Numbered from the stretch's first letter, positions 38,813 to 51,214 are shown. The stretch is DNA of 64,000 bases from an uncultured virus (IMG/VR IMGVR_UViG_3300031539_000003) (IMGVR_UViG_3300031539_000003); one strand, 5' to 3'. Notes: generated by a model not told the origin, from the letters alone. Program-made: numbers and translations.

Positions 38813-39180
38813 TTCCTATCCACCACCGTAAAAGAAGATATTTGACCTGAGAACCAATCAGCCGTAAAATTTGCAGTCAAATTACTATCAAAATCTTTAC
38901 AACTGAATATATTAACAAATAACTTCTTAAAAGGATCAACTGTATGAATCACAATATTGCTAGTCTTAATGAACTGCACACATGTAACCCCCTTCAAATG
39001 ATCCTCTGCCTTATCATATTCTTCTGGATATCCATTATAATCCCACCAATGGAGATCCTCCCTTTGCATATCAATCAAGTTGCATAATGCTATTATATAT
39101 TTCTTAATATCATTACGATTAAATTTAGAAACATCGCAATTATGTATATCTAGAATAATCTCCTTACCATAATTTTTCAC
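38809..39180 (-). CDS. speD: S-adenosylmethionine decarboxylase proenzyme (SpeD-like, pyruvoyl)
   Basis: YGKEIILDIHNC, GVTCVQFIKTSNIVIHT (putative autocleavage Ser), VNIFSCKDFD. Confidence 0.8.
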   Translation of the reverse strand: MKNYGKEIILDIHNCDVSKFNRNDIKKYIIALCNLIDMQREDLHWWDYNGYPEEYDKAEDHLKGVTCVQFIKTSNIVIHTVDPFKKLFVNIFSCKDFDSNLTANFTADWFSGQISSFTVVDRK

Positions 39181-39185
39181 AAATA

Positions 39186-39290
39186 CCTCCCATAATTGAT
39201 TATTGATAAATTCTGTTTTAACTTACTATAAAAATCAATAATTAATAATCAATAATCAATAATCAATAATCAATATAGGAAGGCCAATTA
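39186..39290 (-). promoter_or_regulatory. Hairpin leader occluding the speD RBS; contains a 7-bp tandem repeat (AATAATC)x4 at 39244-39271
   Basis: CCTTCCTATATTGATTATTGAT can pair with ATCAATAATCAATTATGGGAGG; 21/23 nt identical to the leader at 38265-38287. Confidence 0.7.
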
Positions 39291-40230
39291 ATATCTACAG
39301 TTATCCAAATATGATCACTATTTTTAAAATTAACCAAAAATCCCACCTCCCTGCCAGAAATAAGTTTTCTTACAACAAGGATAATATCTCTTGTATGCTT
39401 CAATATCTATTTGCCTATTTTATTAGCCATCTTAATATCAATCCATTCAGGCTGCGCAGGCTCACTCGCTGGAACAACCTGTATTTCATCTAACTTATTC
39501 CCATGCCTTACAGACACTTTATTATATCTTAATGACTCCTGCGTATGAGGCTTTATCTCATTATGAACAACAAAAGAAATACCACTATAGGGAGATTCAA
39601 CCATCACTTCATCCCTACCTAATGCTCTCGAATCTTCAACTGCTCTTAATAATTCTCTAACCGTCTGTTCGGTCAGTTTGATAACCCCTTCTTTTATTTC
39701 GATACTACTCATAATACTATTTCCCCTTTGCAAAAATTGGTTTACCACTAACACTATCAACAATATAAAATTCAACAGGGACATCTAACTCTGCAACTTT
39801 CTTAAAATTTGTCTTAGTCTCACTTACTCTTCCCTTACCCTTACACCTTTTACATTTTTTATTATCTTCACTCCCCTGACATGATTGACAAGGAAATCCT
39901 TTTTCAGCAATTTCATTATCCTCAAACCATTTTATAAAACATTCCGTACTACAGAAATAATATCTCCATTCAACCGTATGGGTCTGTTTACATTTACCAC
40001 AATTATTTGCTTCAGATAGAAATTTAAAACTAATAGGGAGCATCCCCGTTTTATTACATAACGTACACCCAATCTCCTGAATCATTATTTTACCCCCTGT
40101 TTCTTTTTATCCTCAAGACTATCCCAACATTCCATACATATCTTTATAAACTTACCTTTTATTTTTCTATAATATATCCGTGACTGTCTATATTTCCAAC
40201 AAAGCTGGCAGCGTTTTCCATACTCATTCA

Positions 40231-40581
40231 TTATTGTAACTCAGTTATCTGAATATCCAAATTAGCTCTCAACCATTCAGAGGCTAAATGCCTATGGCAA
40301 AATTTACCAGATACTTCCCAACATAACATAACAGCATTCTCCCCAAGTTCCATTAAAACTCGTTGAGGGTCAAGTTTACTTAACACTTCATTATAATAAT
40401 TTTCTACATAAAAATCCTGATTAAGATACATTTCATCATCTTTATCTTTGTATCTTTTAAAGAACCAGTATTTAGGGGCTAATATTTTATACTCCCGACC
40501 ATTATACCAACTAGGCGCACGTCCGGCTATCGAAACTGCATTAGGATTATTCGCAGATTTTGCGAAATAAGAAGTTTGCAT
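40231..40581 (-). CDS. DUF488 family protein
   Basis: TSYF, VSIA..AP, LAP, MLCWE...FCHRHL. Confidence 0.8.
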   Translation of the reverse strand: MQTSYFAKSANNPNAVSIAGRAPSWYNGREYKILAPKYWFFKRYKDKDDEMYLNQDFYVENYYNEVLSKLDPQRVLMELGENAVMLCWEVSGKFCHRHLASEWLRANLDIQITELQ

Positions 40582-41971
40582 CTATCCCCCTAAATTATAA
40601 TAAACCTATTTTATATATGAACAAGAACTACCGCCCAAAATTGCTTCAAGCCTACCCCTTATATGAGAAGGGCAAGTCAACCCGAATAAATCCTTTTCTA
40701 TCATATAATCTTCTAATATCAAATTTTTTTCCCAATCAGCCAGCCAAACCCTTACTATAGCATCATTCAACTCATCCACTGTTTTAAAAGCAACCATATA
40801 ATCCCTTTTACCATACTCTACACCCAATGCATCCAACATTCTTTGAAATTTGCTCATTGTAGCAACGTCACAATGAAAAGGAACTAAAACAGGAAACATC
40901 TTAACATTCTCTTCTGTCTCATCAGCCAGTGTAGCAAGGGAATATAATAGGTCTTCCTGAATAGATAACACATCCTCATTACCTTTATATTCTTTCAATA
41001 ATTGAGGAAACTTTCCAGAAGAAACCTTTTCCTTAATATGGGCTATATTTTCTTTAGTCGATGCATTCCAATTAATCCCCACAGCCATCACCTCCATCAC
41101 TTAATCCCCCACCTATTGCATCACACATTACGCATATCCCTTCAAATAAAAAGAAAGAATCCCTAAACGCATAAGAAATGGCAATCAATACAATTATTGC
41201 CAATATAACAATTACTATAATACCCCACAAAGGCATAATTCCTCCCGATAAAACGTTAACCCACACTAATACATACTTCCATACCCTTTTTATGCATTTC
41301 CCTTAAAACAACCCTACAGAACGCTCTCCTTAATATCTCCTTAACCTCTCTGCTATATCCACCAGCAGAAGCCAACTGAGCTATATAACGCTCTCTATTC
41401 CCGATATCATCAGATTTCTGATCAACTATCTTTATGGTCAAATCAGTATGATTATTATAATTCTTTGCATAATCAAAAATCTTCTCATTAAACTTCGGAT
41501 CTCTACCTTCAATCTCAACTGCATCATCTGCTATCAAATTATAATTCTCACAATAATATGCAGCGACCCTTTTTAATTCTTGCCATACATCAAATTCACT
41601 AAGAACACTATTGTAACCTATATAAATGTAATATCCTGTCATCTAATTACTCCTTTTTGCTATACTTTCCTCTTCCAAATTTTTTATCATCCTCGATAGA
41701 CTCCTTAAGCAATCTATCGGTTTCCTTATGATTATCAACAAAATCATTATGAACTTCTTTGATAAAATCACCTACAATATTATCTAACTCATCTTGATCC
41801 TTCTTCTGCTTATACCCTTTCCAAAAACCGATAATATATTGTTCATGAAAAATAACTCCACACTTCCCACATTTATATGCATCAAGCCCCTTGTCGATCC
41901 TATTCATCGCTCTCTTATTACAAGAAACGCATTTATATACTTTGTCTTTTCCCAATTATACCTCTATAACA

Positions 41972-41999
41972 AATATAACAAATACTATAAATTCGTCAA
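41972..41999 (-). promoter_or_regulatory. Sigma70-type promoter (class 1)
   Basis: TTGACG-16-TATATT with TTTGTTATATT. Confidence 0.75.
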
Positions 42000-42520
42000 C
42001 ACCATTGTAATAATCCCTCATTTTGTTCATCGTTTTCATTTGACGTACCAATTAAAGCAACAAAATGTACTGTTTTTTGAGGATTCTTACGCATCCGGAT
42101 ACCATGACGATGAGCAGTACGAAATACATTCACCCCCATACCTTCCGGACATAGCGTATATGTCATTTGAGCATGCAAGCGTATATACTGCCAACAATAT
42201 TCCTCCAGATTCTTCTTGACCCCTCTTTGCCAATATAAGAGACAACGACACTGACGATCAGACCAATTCTTGTGGAGTCCTGCCATTCTATCTGCATGTG
42301 CACCTAAATCAAATTTAATAATTGCAAACCAATGCTGTTGAGATAAATCAAAAACATCTGCTACACCACGAACTTTAGGTGGACACCTATCATGCTTATC
42401 CCAATTAGGGCAACCTTTCGGGTGATCAGGATACGGGTACCGGCACCAATCAGTAACCCTATTATCTATAACTAACGTTCCTGTAACATCAATCAGTTCC
42501 ATCGACTGCCTTAAATACAA
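41996..42520 (-). CDS. DUF2284-like metal-binding protein
   Basis: C...GCPNW...CPP and PEGMGVNVFRT. Confidence 0.65.
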   Translation of the reverse strand: MYLRQSMELIDVTGTLVIDNRVTDWCRYPYPDHPKGCPNWDKHDRCPPKVRGVADVFDLSQQHWFAIIKFDLGAHADRMAGLHKNWSDRQCRCLLYWQRGVKKNLEEYCWQYIRLHAQMTYTLCPEGMGVNVFRTAHRHGIRMRKNPQKTVHFVALIGTSNENDEQNEGLLQWC

Positions 42521-43238
42521 ACTCTATTTCACGGCCACCATCAAATGTTACGCACTCAGCAGAATTGCAACCTTCATATGTATCAGAAAGATCGCAATGA
42601 TCACAATATTTACCTTCAACCAACAAATCTTCTACAGGAACCGGCTTATAAAACTTTCCATTTATCTCTATTGTATTCATATTACCCTTCTAATGTTTCC
42701 TCTGTTTCCATTACCCTGACCATCTTAACTTTATCTTTACCTGATTTAGACATAATTCTCTTAAATCTTGTTTTTGCAGTTTCATAATCATGATCAGGTT
42801 CAGTATAAAAAATATTATTACCATCATTATAATAAATACGATAATAAACATCGCTTACTTTGAATTTTTCATTTTCCATTATAGCCTACTTTCTATATCA
42901 TATTATATGTTCTTCTTTATAACCAACAGAATAATCTGCCATGATAGCATCCAACCTCCTGTCAATATAAGATTGCTCTCTATCCTTCTTTGCTATTACC
43001 TTCCCATCCTCCATGACTATCCTATAATAAGGAGGTTCAAGGCCTCCGGATAATATATCAAAAAGATCAGAATAAGCCACATATTCTATTCTACGCATAT
43101 GATATAAAGATTCAGCCCTAATTATTACCATACGACTAAAAACACACGATAAATCCCAACCATCCTCAATACAATTACAATTAATAGAAAATCTACCAAT
43201 TCTATTTTCTTTATACAAATTTGATTTTACCATAATAT

Positions 43239-43679
43239 TTAAGAAAAAAGATACCCTCTCTCATCTCTAGTAACTGCCGCTATATGACCTACTAATTCAC
43301 TGTCACGCTCACGACTATAAGGTTCTTCTCTTAACCTTGCAATAATACAACGAATACCATCTTCAACTATTTTAATATGTTTTTCATGATCTTCAACTTC
43401 ACGCTCTAATACCTTTGAATCATCCGCCATTATAAGCCTCTAACTAAAAAGTTTTTTGCCATTTTCCCTGATCAACAATTCAAGCATTTGAATAATTTTA
43501 TCATCACGATCCTGTGAATATTCATCAAGAAATTTAATGGCAACCATCAGAAGTCCCTTTTCAATAGTATCTATATGTTTCAAATAATCACTTATCAACT
43601 GTTCATATTCTTCCATACTAGAAATGCCTATCTCATCCTCTCCATAGTGGCATAATATTCCCGTAAACAATTCCCGCAA
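43239..43679 (-). CDS. Tandem pair of small paralogous helical proteins (43239-43430 and 43440-43679)
   Basis: Shared KHI..[VI]E.G, YS.[ED]RD and terminal LFS. Confidence 0.6.
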
Positions 43680-44368
43680 TGTCTACATGATGTTTTACCC
43701 TTTTCACCTTCTATCTTCCCACAAGAATGAACCCATATGTTATCTTCAAATAATGCCATTACACATCTCCACGCATTAGTAGTAATGGCATAATACTTAT
43801 TCAATGTCCTCTCTCGAAATATATAATTACACTGATGATAAGCATCAGCGCCATCCGGAAACTTATTATAATAAGCCATAAAAGTGAGTACAACAGGAAT
43901 TTCTCTTTTACTATAATAATCAACAGCAGGAAGCACAGTAGTATCCAAATTCCACGTATTCGTTCTTACCCTAACAAACATAAGATTATTAGGAATATCA
44001 TTCAACATGACAGGCTCACCATCCGTCCTATTACTAGGATTAACCGTAAGCACTACTGGAGCATCGAAAGATTCAATATCATTAGAAATAGAAGTATTAT
44101 AAAACTTCATAGGATAATGCTTTGTTGATTCAATAACTAAACTTCTCCTATTGTTACTATCATTACCATCGTTAACACGAATAACTCTCCCTGCAATTAT
44201 ATCTTCCGATGGCATATTGGGAAGATTTTTTCCCAATGGCTCAAGATATGAACGCCCTGATTGGAAAAAACAATCATCACACTTTATTGGGCACATCCCA
44301 CCATGAGGGATACATGCAATAATTCCACTCCCTTTTGTTTTTGGATTTTCTATATAACTCATTTTCAT
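43628..44368 (-). CDS. Radical-SAM-like Fe-S protein
   Basis: N-terminal CPIKCDDCF (CX3CX2C-aromatic) and C-terminal SC...CRHCGNC. Confidence 0.55.
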   Translation of the reverse strand: MKMSYIENPKTKGSGIIACIPHGGMCPIKCDDCFFQSGRSYLEPLGKNLPNMPSEDIIAGRVIRVNDGNDSNNRRSLVIESTKHYPMKFYNTSISNDIESFDAPVVLTVNPSNRTDGEPVMLNDIPNNLMFVRVRTNTWNLDTTVLPAVDYYSKREIPVVLTFMAYYNKFPDGADAYHQCNYIFRERTLNKYYAITTNAWRCVMALFEDNIWVHSCGKIEGEKGKTSCRHCGNCLREYYATMERMR

Positions 44369-44379
44369 CTCCTTAGTTT

Positions 44380-44399
44380 ATTATAATATAACGTTCATC
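44380..44399 (-). promoter_or_regulatory. Class-2 promoter-like motif
   Basis: GATGAACGTTATATTATAAT immediately after a terminator and before RBS AAGGAG. Confidence 0.55.
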
Positions 44400-44413
44400 A
44401 CAAGGCGGTCCAT

Positions 44414-44448
44414 AAAAAAAGGCTACCGGATAACTCACGATAACCTTT
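44414..44448 (-). terminator. Intrinsic terminator
   Basis: AAAGGTTATCG-loop-CGGTAGCCTTT followed by a T run. Confidence 0.7.
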
Positions 44449-44468
44449 ATAAAAATATTAGTATGTTA

Positions 44469-44888
44469 TTATTTACTTTTTCTGTCTATCTCCCATTGAT
44501 CGTAAGATTTACCAGCCAGGATAGTGAAAAGAGCATCTGTTATACCCATATTAATAGCTAATCCTCCATGCTCAATACCACTTTTCAATACTTTAAATAA
44601 AATGCCACGATCATATTCATTAACTTTCTTTATTTTAAATACCCCATGAGGAGCATCATTTCCAAACCACATCCTCATACGATAATCAATCAGATATTTA
44701 CCGACCACTATCCACCAGTGAGGCTTAAACTTTCTACCCTGAAAATCTACGTATCCACGATAGCATTGATGATCTATCCCATTTTTTGTTAAAATATAAT
44801 CAATAACAGACGAAAGACCATCACACTCAAGAGGAAAACTGTCACAAGACGACAAAAGTTCAGACAAACTTTTAACAGAATTTTTCAC
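44469..44888 (-). CDS. Putative transglutaminase-like Cys-His-Asp fold protein
   Basis: ECDGLS ... PHWWI ... LIDYR spacing. Confidence 0.4.
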   Translation of the reverse strand: MKNSVKSLSELLSSCDSFPLECDGLSSVIDYILTKNGIDHQCYRGYVDFQGRKFKPHWWIVVGKYLIDYRMRMWFGNDAPHGVFKIKKVNEYDRGILFKVLKSGIEHGGLAINMGITDALFTILAGKSYDQWEIDRKSK

Positions 44889-45253
44889 TAAATATCCCTT
44901 GCGTACATTTTTATTGCAAGATATTCAACAATAGCATAATTAACACCTTCTATCCTAACATCAACAGTAGCCTTTTTTGGATAATAAACTGTATCACCTT
45001 CCTCAATTTCTAACGAAATAAATGACATTTCAAGAGATTTATTATCTTTCCCATCTATAATAGACTGCATATCATCTTTATCCCTATGTACTGGAATAAA
45101 AAACCCCGGACCCTTCTGCATAACTGTTCCCATTCTTAATACTTCTTTTTTCTTAGCTTCATCCGGAACAATTATAGCACCAACAGACTCTTCGCCAGGG
45201 TCTATTGGTTTAACCAAAACATTAATGCCAAGCAAATGTACTTTTTTTCTCAT
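44888..45253 (-). CDS. groES: Co-chaperonin GroES (Cpn10)
   Basis: LLGINVLVKP, GAIIVPDEAK mobile loop, GTVMQKGPG, IEEGDTVYY, VRIEGVNYAIV. Confidence 0.85.
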   Translation of the reverse strand: MRKKVHLLGINVLVKPIDPGEESVGAIIVPDEAKKKEVLRMGTVMQKGPGFFIPVHRDKDDMQSIIDGKDNKSLEMSFISLEIEEGDTVYYPKKATVDVRIEGVNYAIVEYLAIKMYARDI

Positions 45254-45274
45254 TTGATATTAATATACCATTCA

Positions 45275-46006
45275 TCAAGCTGCTTGTTCAGAACTCTTTT
45301 GACCTCTAATGGGAGGTATACCCATCTCATTTCTCAACCTGATAACATAAGGAGGTTTTACTTTCAACTTTTTTGCAATAGCTGGATCATTCAAACCATG
45401 ACTATTTAATTCCCTTATCTTACCCATCAATGATAAAACTTTTTCAGAGTGCCCCCTTGAAGAGCCATCTTGATGTGGAGTCAATTCTAATTTTTTTAGA
45501 TCTCTATTAACATGGGCAACATCACTCTTTATCTGTTTTGCTATGTCCTTGCTTGAAAAACCATCTTTATGAAGCCCACCGATAACAGATAATCTTTTAA
45601 CTATATTCCGTTTCTTAACACTTACCAATTTAACCTGTTTCCTCTGTTCGGCAATAAATTGACGAGTACAACCCAACTTATCAGCAATCTTTAAGTCATT
45701 CAATCCATCTGAGTTAAGAGACTCTATCACTCCTATTAAATCATGTCCGTTCTTTGCTCTATTAACAACGACATCAGAAATATTAAGTATTTCGGCAATA
45801 TCACTAATTTTAACTTTCTTTTTTATTAGTTTCTTAACCTGATATATCAGGATATAAGAAACTTTCTTTTTCTCATTCGGTGGCAATTTTGCAACATCAG
45901 TTCTCCATCGGCGAACTCTCGAAAATGGTACTTCCAATTCAGCAGCAATATCCTTATCAGAATATTTCTTGTGGTACAACCGTGACATTTTATTATCAAG
46001 TTTCAT
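45275..46006 (-). CDS. Multi-HTH repeat DNA-binding protein
   Basis: Five repeats of the [SN]D..IA..L type (SDKDIAAEL, ISDIAEIL, NDLKIADKL, SSKDIAKQI, NDPAIAKKL). Confidence 0.7.
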   Translation of the reverse strand: MKLDNKMSRLYHKKYSDKDIAAELEVPFSRVRRWRTDVAKLPPNEKKKVSYILIYQVKKLIKKKVKISDIAEILNISDVVVNRAKNGHDLIGVIESLNSDGLNDLKIADKLGCTRQFIAEQRKQVKLVSVKKRNIVKRLSVIGGLHKDGFSSKDIAKQIKSDVAHVNRDLKKLELTPHQDGSSRGHSEKVLSLMGKIRELNSHGLNDPAIAKKLKVKPPYVIRLRNEMGIPPIRGQKSSEQAA

Positions 46007-49000
46007 CGCTCACAGATCCTTTCTCCTGCATATTATTGGCTAAAATAATATTTAAAGCCTCATGACGCGATAAAACGATATTAGTCATGTTGCAAACTGA
46101 TTCTTTCTTATTATAAATTACCAAAACCTATCCCATCAATAAATTATCTCCCTCTACTAATTGATTATGATCCGGCTAAATCTATTCTCTTATTTATGTA
46201 TTCAGTCCTATCCATCTCAACTTTATTATCATTACATAATATCTCATCGCTATAGGCAGTTTCAGGATCATACGCATATGGAGCAGCAGATAAAAACTCA
46301 TCGTTCAATCCCCTCAAATCTGTCTCTATATTTAGAAAATCCAAAAACTCTTGAGAATACCCTCTCTGCTCATCCAAATGCTGTCTCACCCACCTAATAA
46401 TATTAGCCAAATGTTTATCATGAAGATCTTTAAACTTAATCTTCCTAATATTATCAGGATCGGCATTGCTTGTCCATGTCATATCTCTATTATATTTCAC
46501 TCATCTCCTCCTGCTATCTCTATCCTTCGAGATGGGCTTACTCCCTTTTCTTCCACTTTTTCTTCCTGACAAGGAACATATCTATATGTAACAATAAAAT
46601 GATGATTATTTTCTTTACGACTAACAAAACTATGTATATTCCACCCCATTTTCTCAATCTCATTAATAAGTTCTTCAAACCGTCCCTTTTTGATATATTC
46701 TCCTGCATTCAATTCGCAATCTTCATCCGTCCCAAAAACTCTCCACTCCTTTTTCATTGGCATCATTGGCAATTCCATAAAATCGGTCACATTTTCAAGT
46801 TTCACTTTTGAATATTGCTCCTGCCAATGATTTCTATTATACCAACCCATTGCCATATCATAATTACCAGATTCATTTTTATATCGTACCCATACAGGTA
46901 TTATGTATTGCCTATTATCACTAAAATACTCTGATATTGGTAACCACTGACAATGATACATATTACTCATTCAACAACCTTTCCATTTCTTCTTTACTCT
47001 TCCTGCAATCATATACACCAAGTGAAATTGAATAAACTACCACGACAATAAATGCAATAAGCCCCATTACCATCACCTCAAATTTAGCCATTACAAACAT
47101 ACTTATCGCAAAAAAGCCTATTATAAAAAGGCCCATTTTATACCTTTGCGTATAACCAATAAAAGTAAGAACATCATATGTACTCACAACACTGACTATC
47201 GTACAAGCCAGTAGCGTTGATAACATTATCTTAATCATCTTTTATATTCAACTTCTTTTTAAGTTCCTCAAATTCAGGATACTCAACACCAGGGACTGAT
47301 TTAGTCAAATTATTAAGATAATCCAAATACTCCTGATCAGTACCAGGAACAAGTGCTTCACCAAGATCTTCCAAGGGCTTCACAGTACCAAATGGTTCTC
47401 CAGTATCCCAATGAAATTCATCAAAAAGAAAATTCTCCCCAAATTTATGCCGACTCAAGGTAAATGAACTATCCACCTTATTAAATACCCCTATACGCCC
47501 ATTCCTGGCACGTATACGGTACACTCTCCCATCGGCACACTCACCCAACGGTATATACTCTATCTGCTGCTCATCGCCCTTATTCTTCCCCATATCAGTA
47601 TCTACCCCTATACTGTTTAATCTCTTATTAACATATGCTTCGGAATTATTCCTTATCGCTACCTTTTCCCTACCTTTTTTCTCCCCTAATCGTATTTTCT
47701 CAAGATCACTATCAGACATAGGATGACCGACACTCTCCCTATGTTTAGATATCCTTCTCTGAATAGAGTCATCCATTTGTGCATGTTCTTGAGTATGGCA
47801 CTGCATACAATAACTTCTTCCACCACCAACGTTATGCATAGAAACATTACTATCAAGATTTATTCCACACATATCACAGACATGTCTTGTCCTTGGCTCT
47901 GATTCCCCCTCTACTATTAATTCCCCAGTAGGTCTTACTGGAGGATCAGGGATTGAATTAAAATCCGGTTCTAAATGGTGCAGCGGAGTCATTTAATGTC
48001 CTTAATCAAAAATAACCGGTATCCAATGTTTCGGTAAATCGGTTGAATTCAATGGCATTAAATTTCTACAAACTGAACAGGTACAGGAACAATTGGTACC
48101 ATTATGATGCCTACCTAAATGTCCGGTATCATCTTCTATAACATCGCCTGCTTCTATTTCCAATAAACTGCCACAAACAGTACAGGTTATTTCGTGTGCT
48201 TTATACTTCCTTTTCACATTCATTTACACCACCTAATTATAATTAGAATCACTTCTATTATTTTTCATTCGTTTAATCAATTGAGGGGGAACTCCATAAC
48301 GAAGCTAAAAAACCAGCCATTCCATCCCTTATTTTATGAGCAGCATACGATGCAGCATAATAATGAGTCAACTCATCTTCACTTAAATCTATCGTTTCTA
48401 ATATTGCCCCTCTCTCCAACTCATTATTTGTCTTTGCTGCTTGCGCTCTTAAATAATCACCCATCTTTCCCCTATTAACAACTATGACATTTGGAGTAGA
48501 ACAAACTTCTTTCTCGCAATCTTTACAATTATCACTATCAGGCCTTTCCATCTTTATAAACTCTTTCTTTTCAAGATCCCGAAAAAGTTCATGCGGCCAT
48601 CTATAAATATTATCTTCCATAATTATTCTCCTATGGCTTTCAAACGATCAGCAATACAATCAGCATTGCTTCTATATGTTGATACTTCCGGATGCGATTC
48701 TATGACTTGCTGCATATACGCTTCTAATTCGGCAATTCTACACTCACATACCTGATTCCTATAATATTCATTCCCACAATTCTGACACTTATAGCAATAA
48801 GGCAAAGGCTGTTCATTAGAATTCCCTCTACTCCTACCACCGAAACCAGTAATAAAGACAGTCTCAATGACCAATAACCCATAATGACCAATCCGCCTTA
48901 ATACCGTTCTACAATTCCTTAAAAAGTTCTGAAGCATAATGTCCGTTCTTATTAAAAAATCCCTGCGCAAATCGCATTGATATAGACTTCATTTTAATAT

Positions 49001-51185
49001 ATTCACTTGGCGACATATTTCTTTTTAAATCTTCTATATCAACATCTCTTACACCAATAATAATTCCTTCGACTGCTGTTTCATCCATCGAATCTTTATC
49101 ATACAAAACAGATATTCTTTCTGGAACACTCAACTCCTTATCTTCAACAAACTGCATTATATGACCACATCGTATACAAATAGATATATCACCTTCTTGT
49201 GGCCCCCTTCCACCAGCCGTACTAGCCCTATCGAGCATTGTGGAACACTTTAAACAAGCATATTTATCAACATTAAAAGTTTTAAGCATTAAATTCACCC
49301 CAATACCAATCGCCTTTTCCTTGCCCCATTTTCCTCTCCCACTCCTTGCCACAAGAACACTGATAAACGCTCGGCTCTACATTTTCCATTTTTTCACCAC
49401 AACACGGAGACAGCCCGTCTTTTGTTTCGTCACTCATAAATTACTCCATTAATAATAAGAATTACTTTCAAATTCAATATATTCATTATGACCTGGCAAA
49501 TACATATGAGCATACCATATTTGATAACCCATAGTATTGTAATGCGCTTTTAATTCAAAATATTTAGCCTTACATTCTTCTATAGTTTCGAAATAATAAT
49601 GATCACCGACATCCCTTGACATTAATGTCCCTCGATGTATACCCCAACGAAACTGATACATCCCTTTTTGCTTTTCCTGATCTTTAACCCGCTGTATATC
49701 ACGATCAATCCTATTCTGGACTTCATGTATAGCCCCGATTCTATCGGTAGCATATTGTTGGCAATTGGGTGACATTTATTTATCGTCCTCATACAACTTT
49801 TTCAATCTATCTGGCATATCATCAGATTCAAAATAAAAATCATCACCGAAAGGCGACCTTGAATAATAAGTCCCATCAGGACTATACATAAACTCGCTCT
49901 TAACTTTTTTGCCATTTTCTCTTAAAAATTGATTCCTAATCAATGGAGTCTGATCCCTGCTTGTATTACCAGCAAAACCTTCAATAACAGTACCTATAGC
50001 AGTACCAATATCTTCAGGATATATCCCGTTCTTATTAAACTTCTGTTCCTTATATTTCCACCCATTATTTTCCAACGTAAACAACTCTAACAAAAAATCT
50101 GTAGCAGTACACTTTTCCATCCCAGCAACCATATTTACAAAATTCTTTTTTGCAGCCTTCCCATGATGCTTTTCAATCATTTTTGCTATTGCTGTTAAAA
50201 TTTCATAATTCAAATCACTTGTAGTTGCACCACGACCAGAAAAATATCCCGGCCTTGCACTCATTCTTAACTCATATAACATGTCACGAGCATTCATTTT
50301 AACCACCCATTAAGTTCAGCCCAGTGATATGCACATTTACCATGACCAGCCTTAAAGCCTGGCAATGACCTATGATCACATTCTGCACACTTCTGTCTAC
50401 CGGTATGCTTTATTTTACTATTATATTTTTCAGCCTTACTCATTGATATCAAGCCCATCAAAAAAAGGATTAGTTTTCAACAGATTTTCATTCACATTCT
50501 TTGATTCTCTCTTCCTTTTTTTATCTTCTTCCTCTACCTGCTTTCTCACTATTAAATCATCGATAGTCACAGACTCTTTCTTTAAAAAATTTCTTAAATC
50601 ACCAACAGTAAAATGGAAAAAATCACTATTCCACTTACCCTTCCACTGAACCATTACTTTCGTCTCATCACCAAATTTATCCAACTCTTTAGCATTATGA
50701 ACTATTACGATATTCATGGCATCACCATCATCACGAAATACTATAAACGGATGGTGATTTAACTTCTTATCAGTAAGCACATTACTCTTTGTAAATAAAT
50801 CATGAAGAGTTGTTCTGCCAATAGTAATGATTCTTTCGGTTAACGTTTTATCTCTCGGGTCTGCATCATACAAAACCCATATTCTTTCTGGAACAACAGA
50901 TTCTCTTTTTTCCTTCGCTACCTTATCTTTATTTTCCTTCGCATACTTATCATTTAAATCTATCCCCCTTTTTGTTGCAATGTCTTTAAGTTCACCTAAA
51001 AAACGAGGGGGCAATTTGCGCTTTTCAAACATCTCAATAACACTCACAAGATGACCATCTGTCATTTCATCAACATTTAAATCTTCAATAGTATCTGCTT
51101 TCCATATATCATTATTCATTTTAAAATACCTCGCTAATATCAAACAAAAAGCCCATAAAATGGGCTCCAAACAACCCCATAAACT

Positions 51186-51214
51186 AATATAACAAAAAAT
51201 GGGTGTTAAGTCAA
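51186..51214 (-). promoter_or_regulatory. Sigma70-type promoter (class 1)
   Basis: TTGACT-17-TATATT with TTTGTTATATT. Confidence 0.75.
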
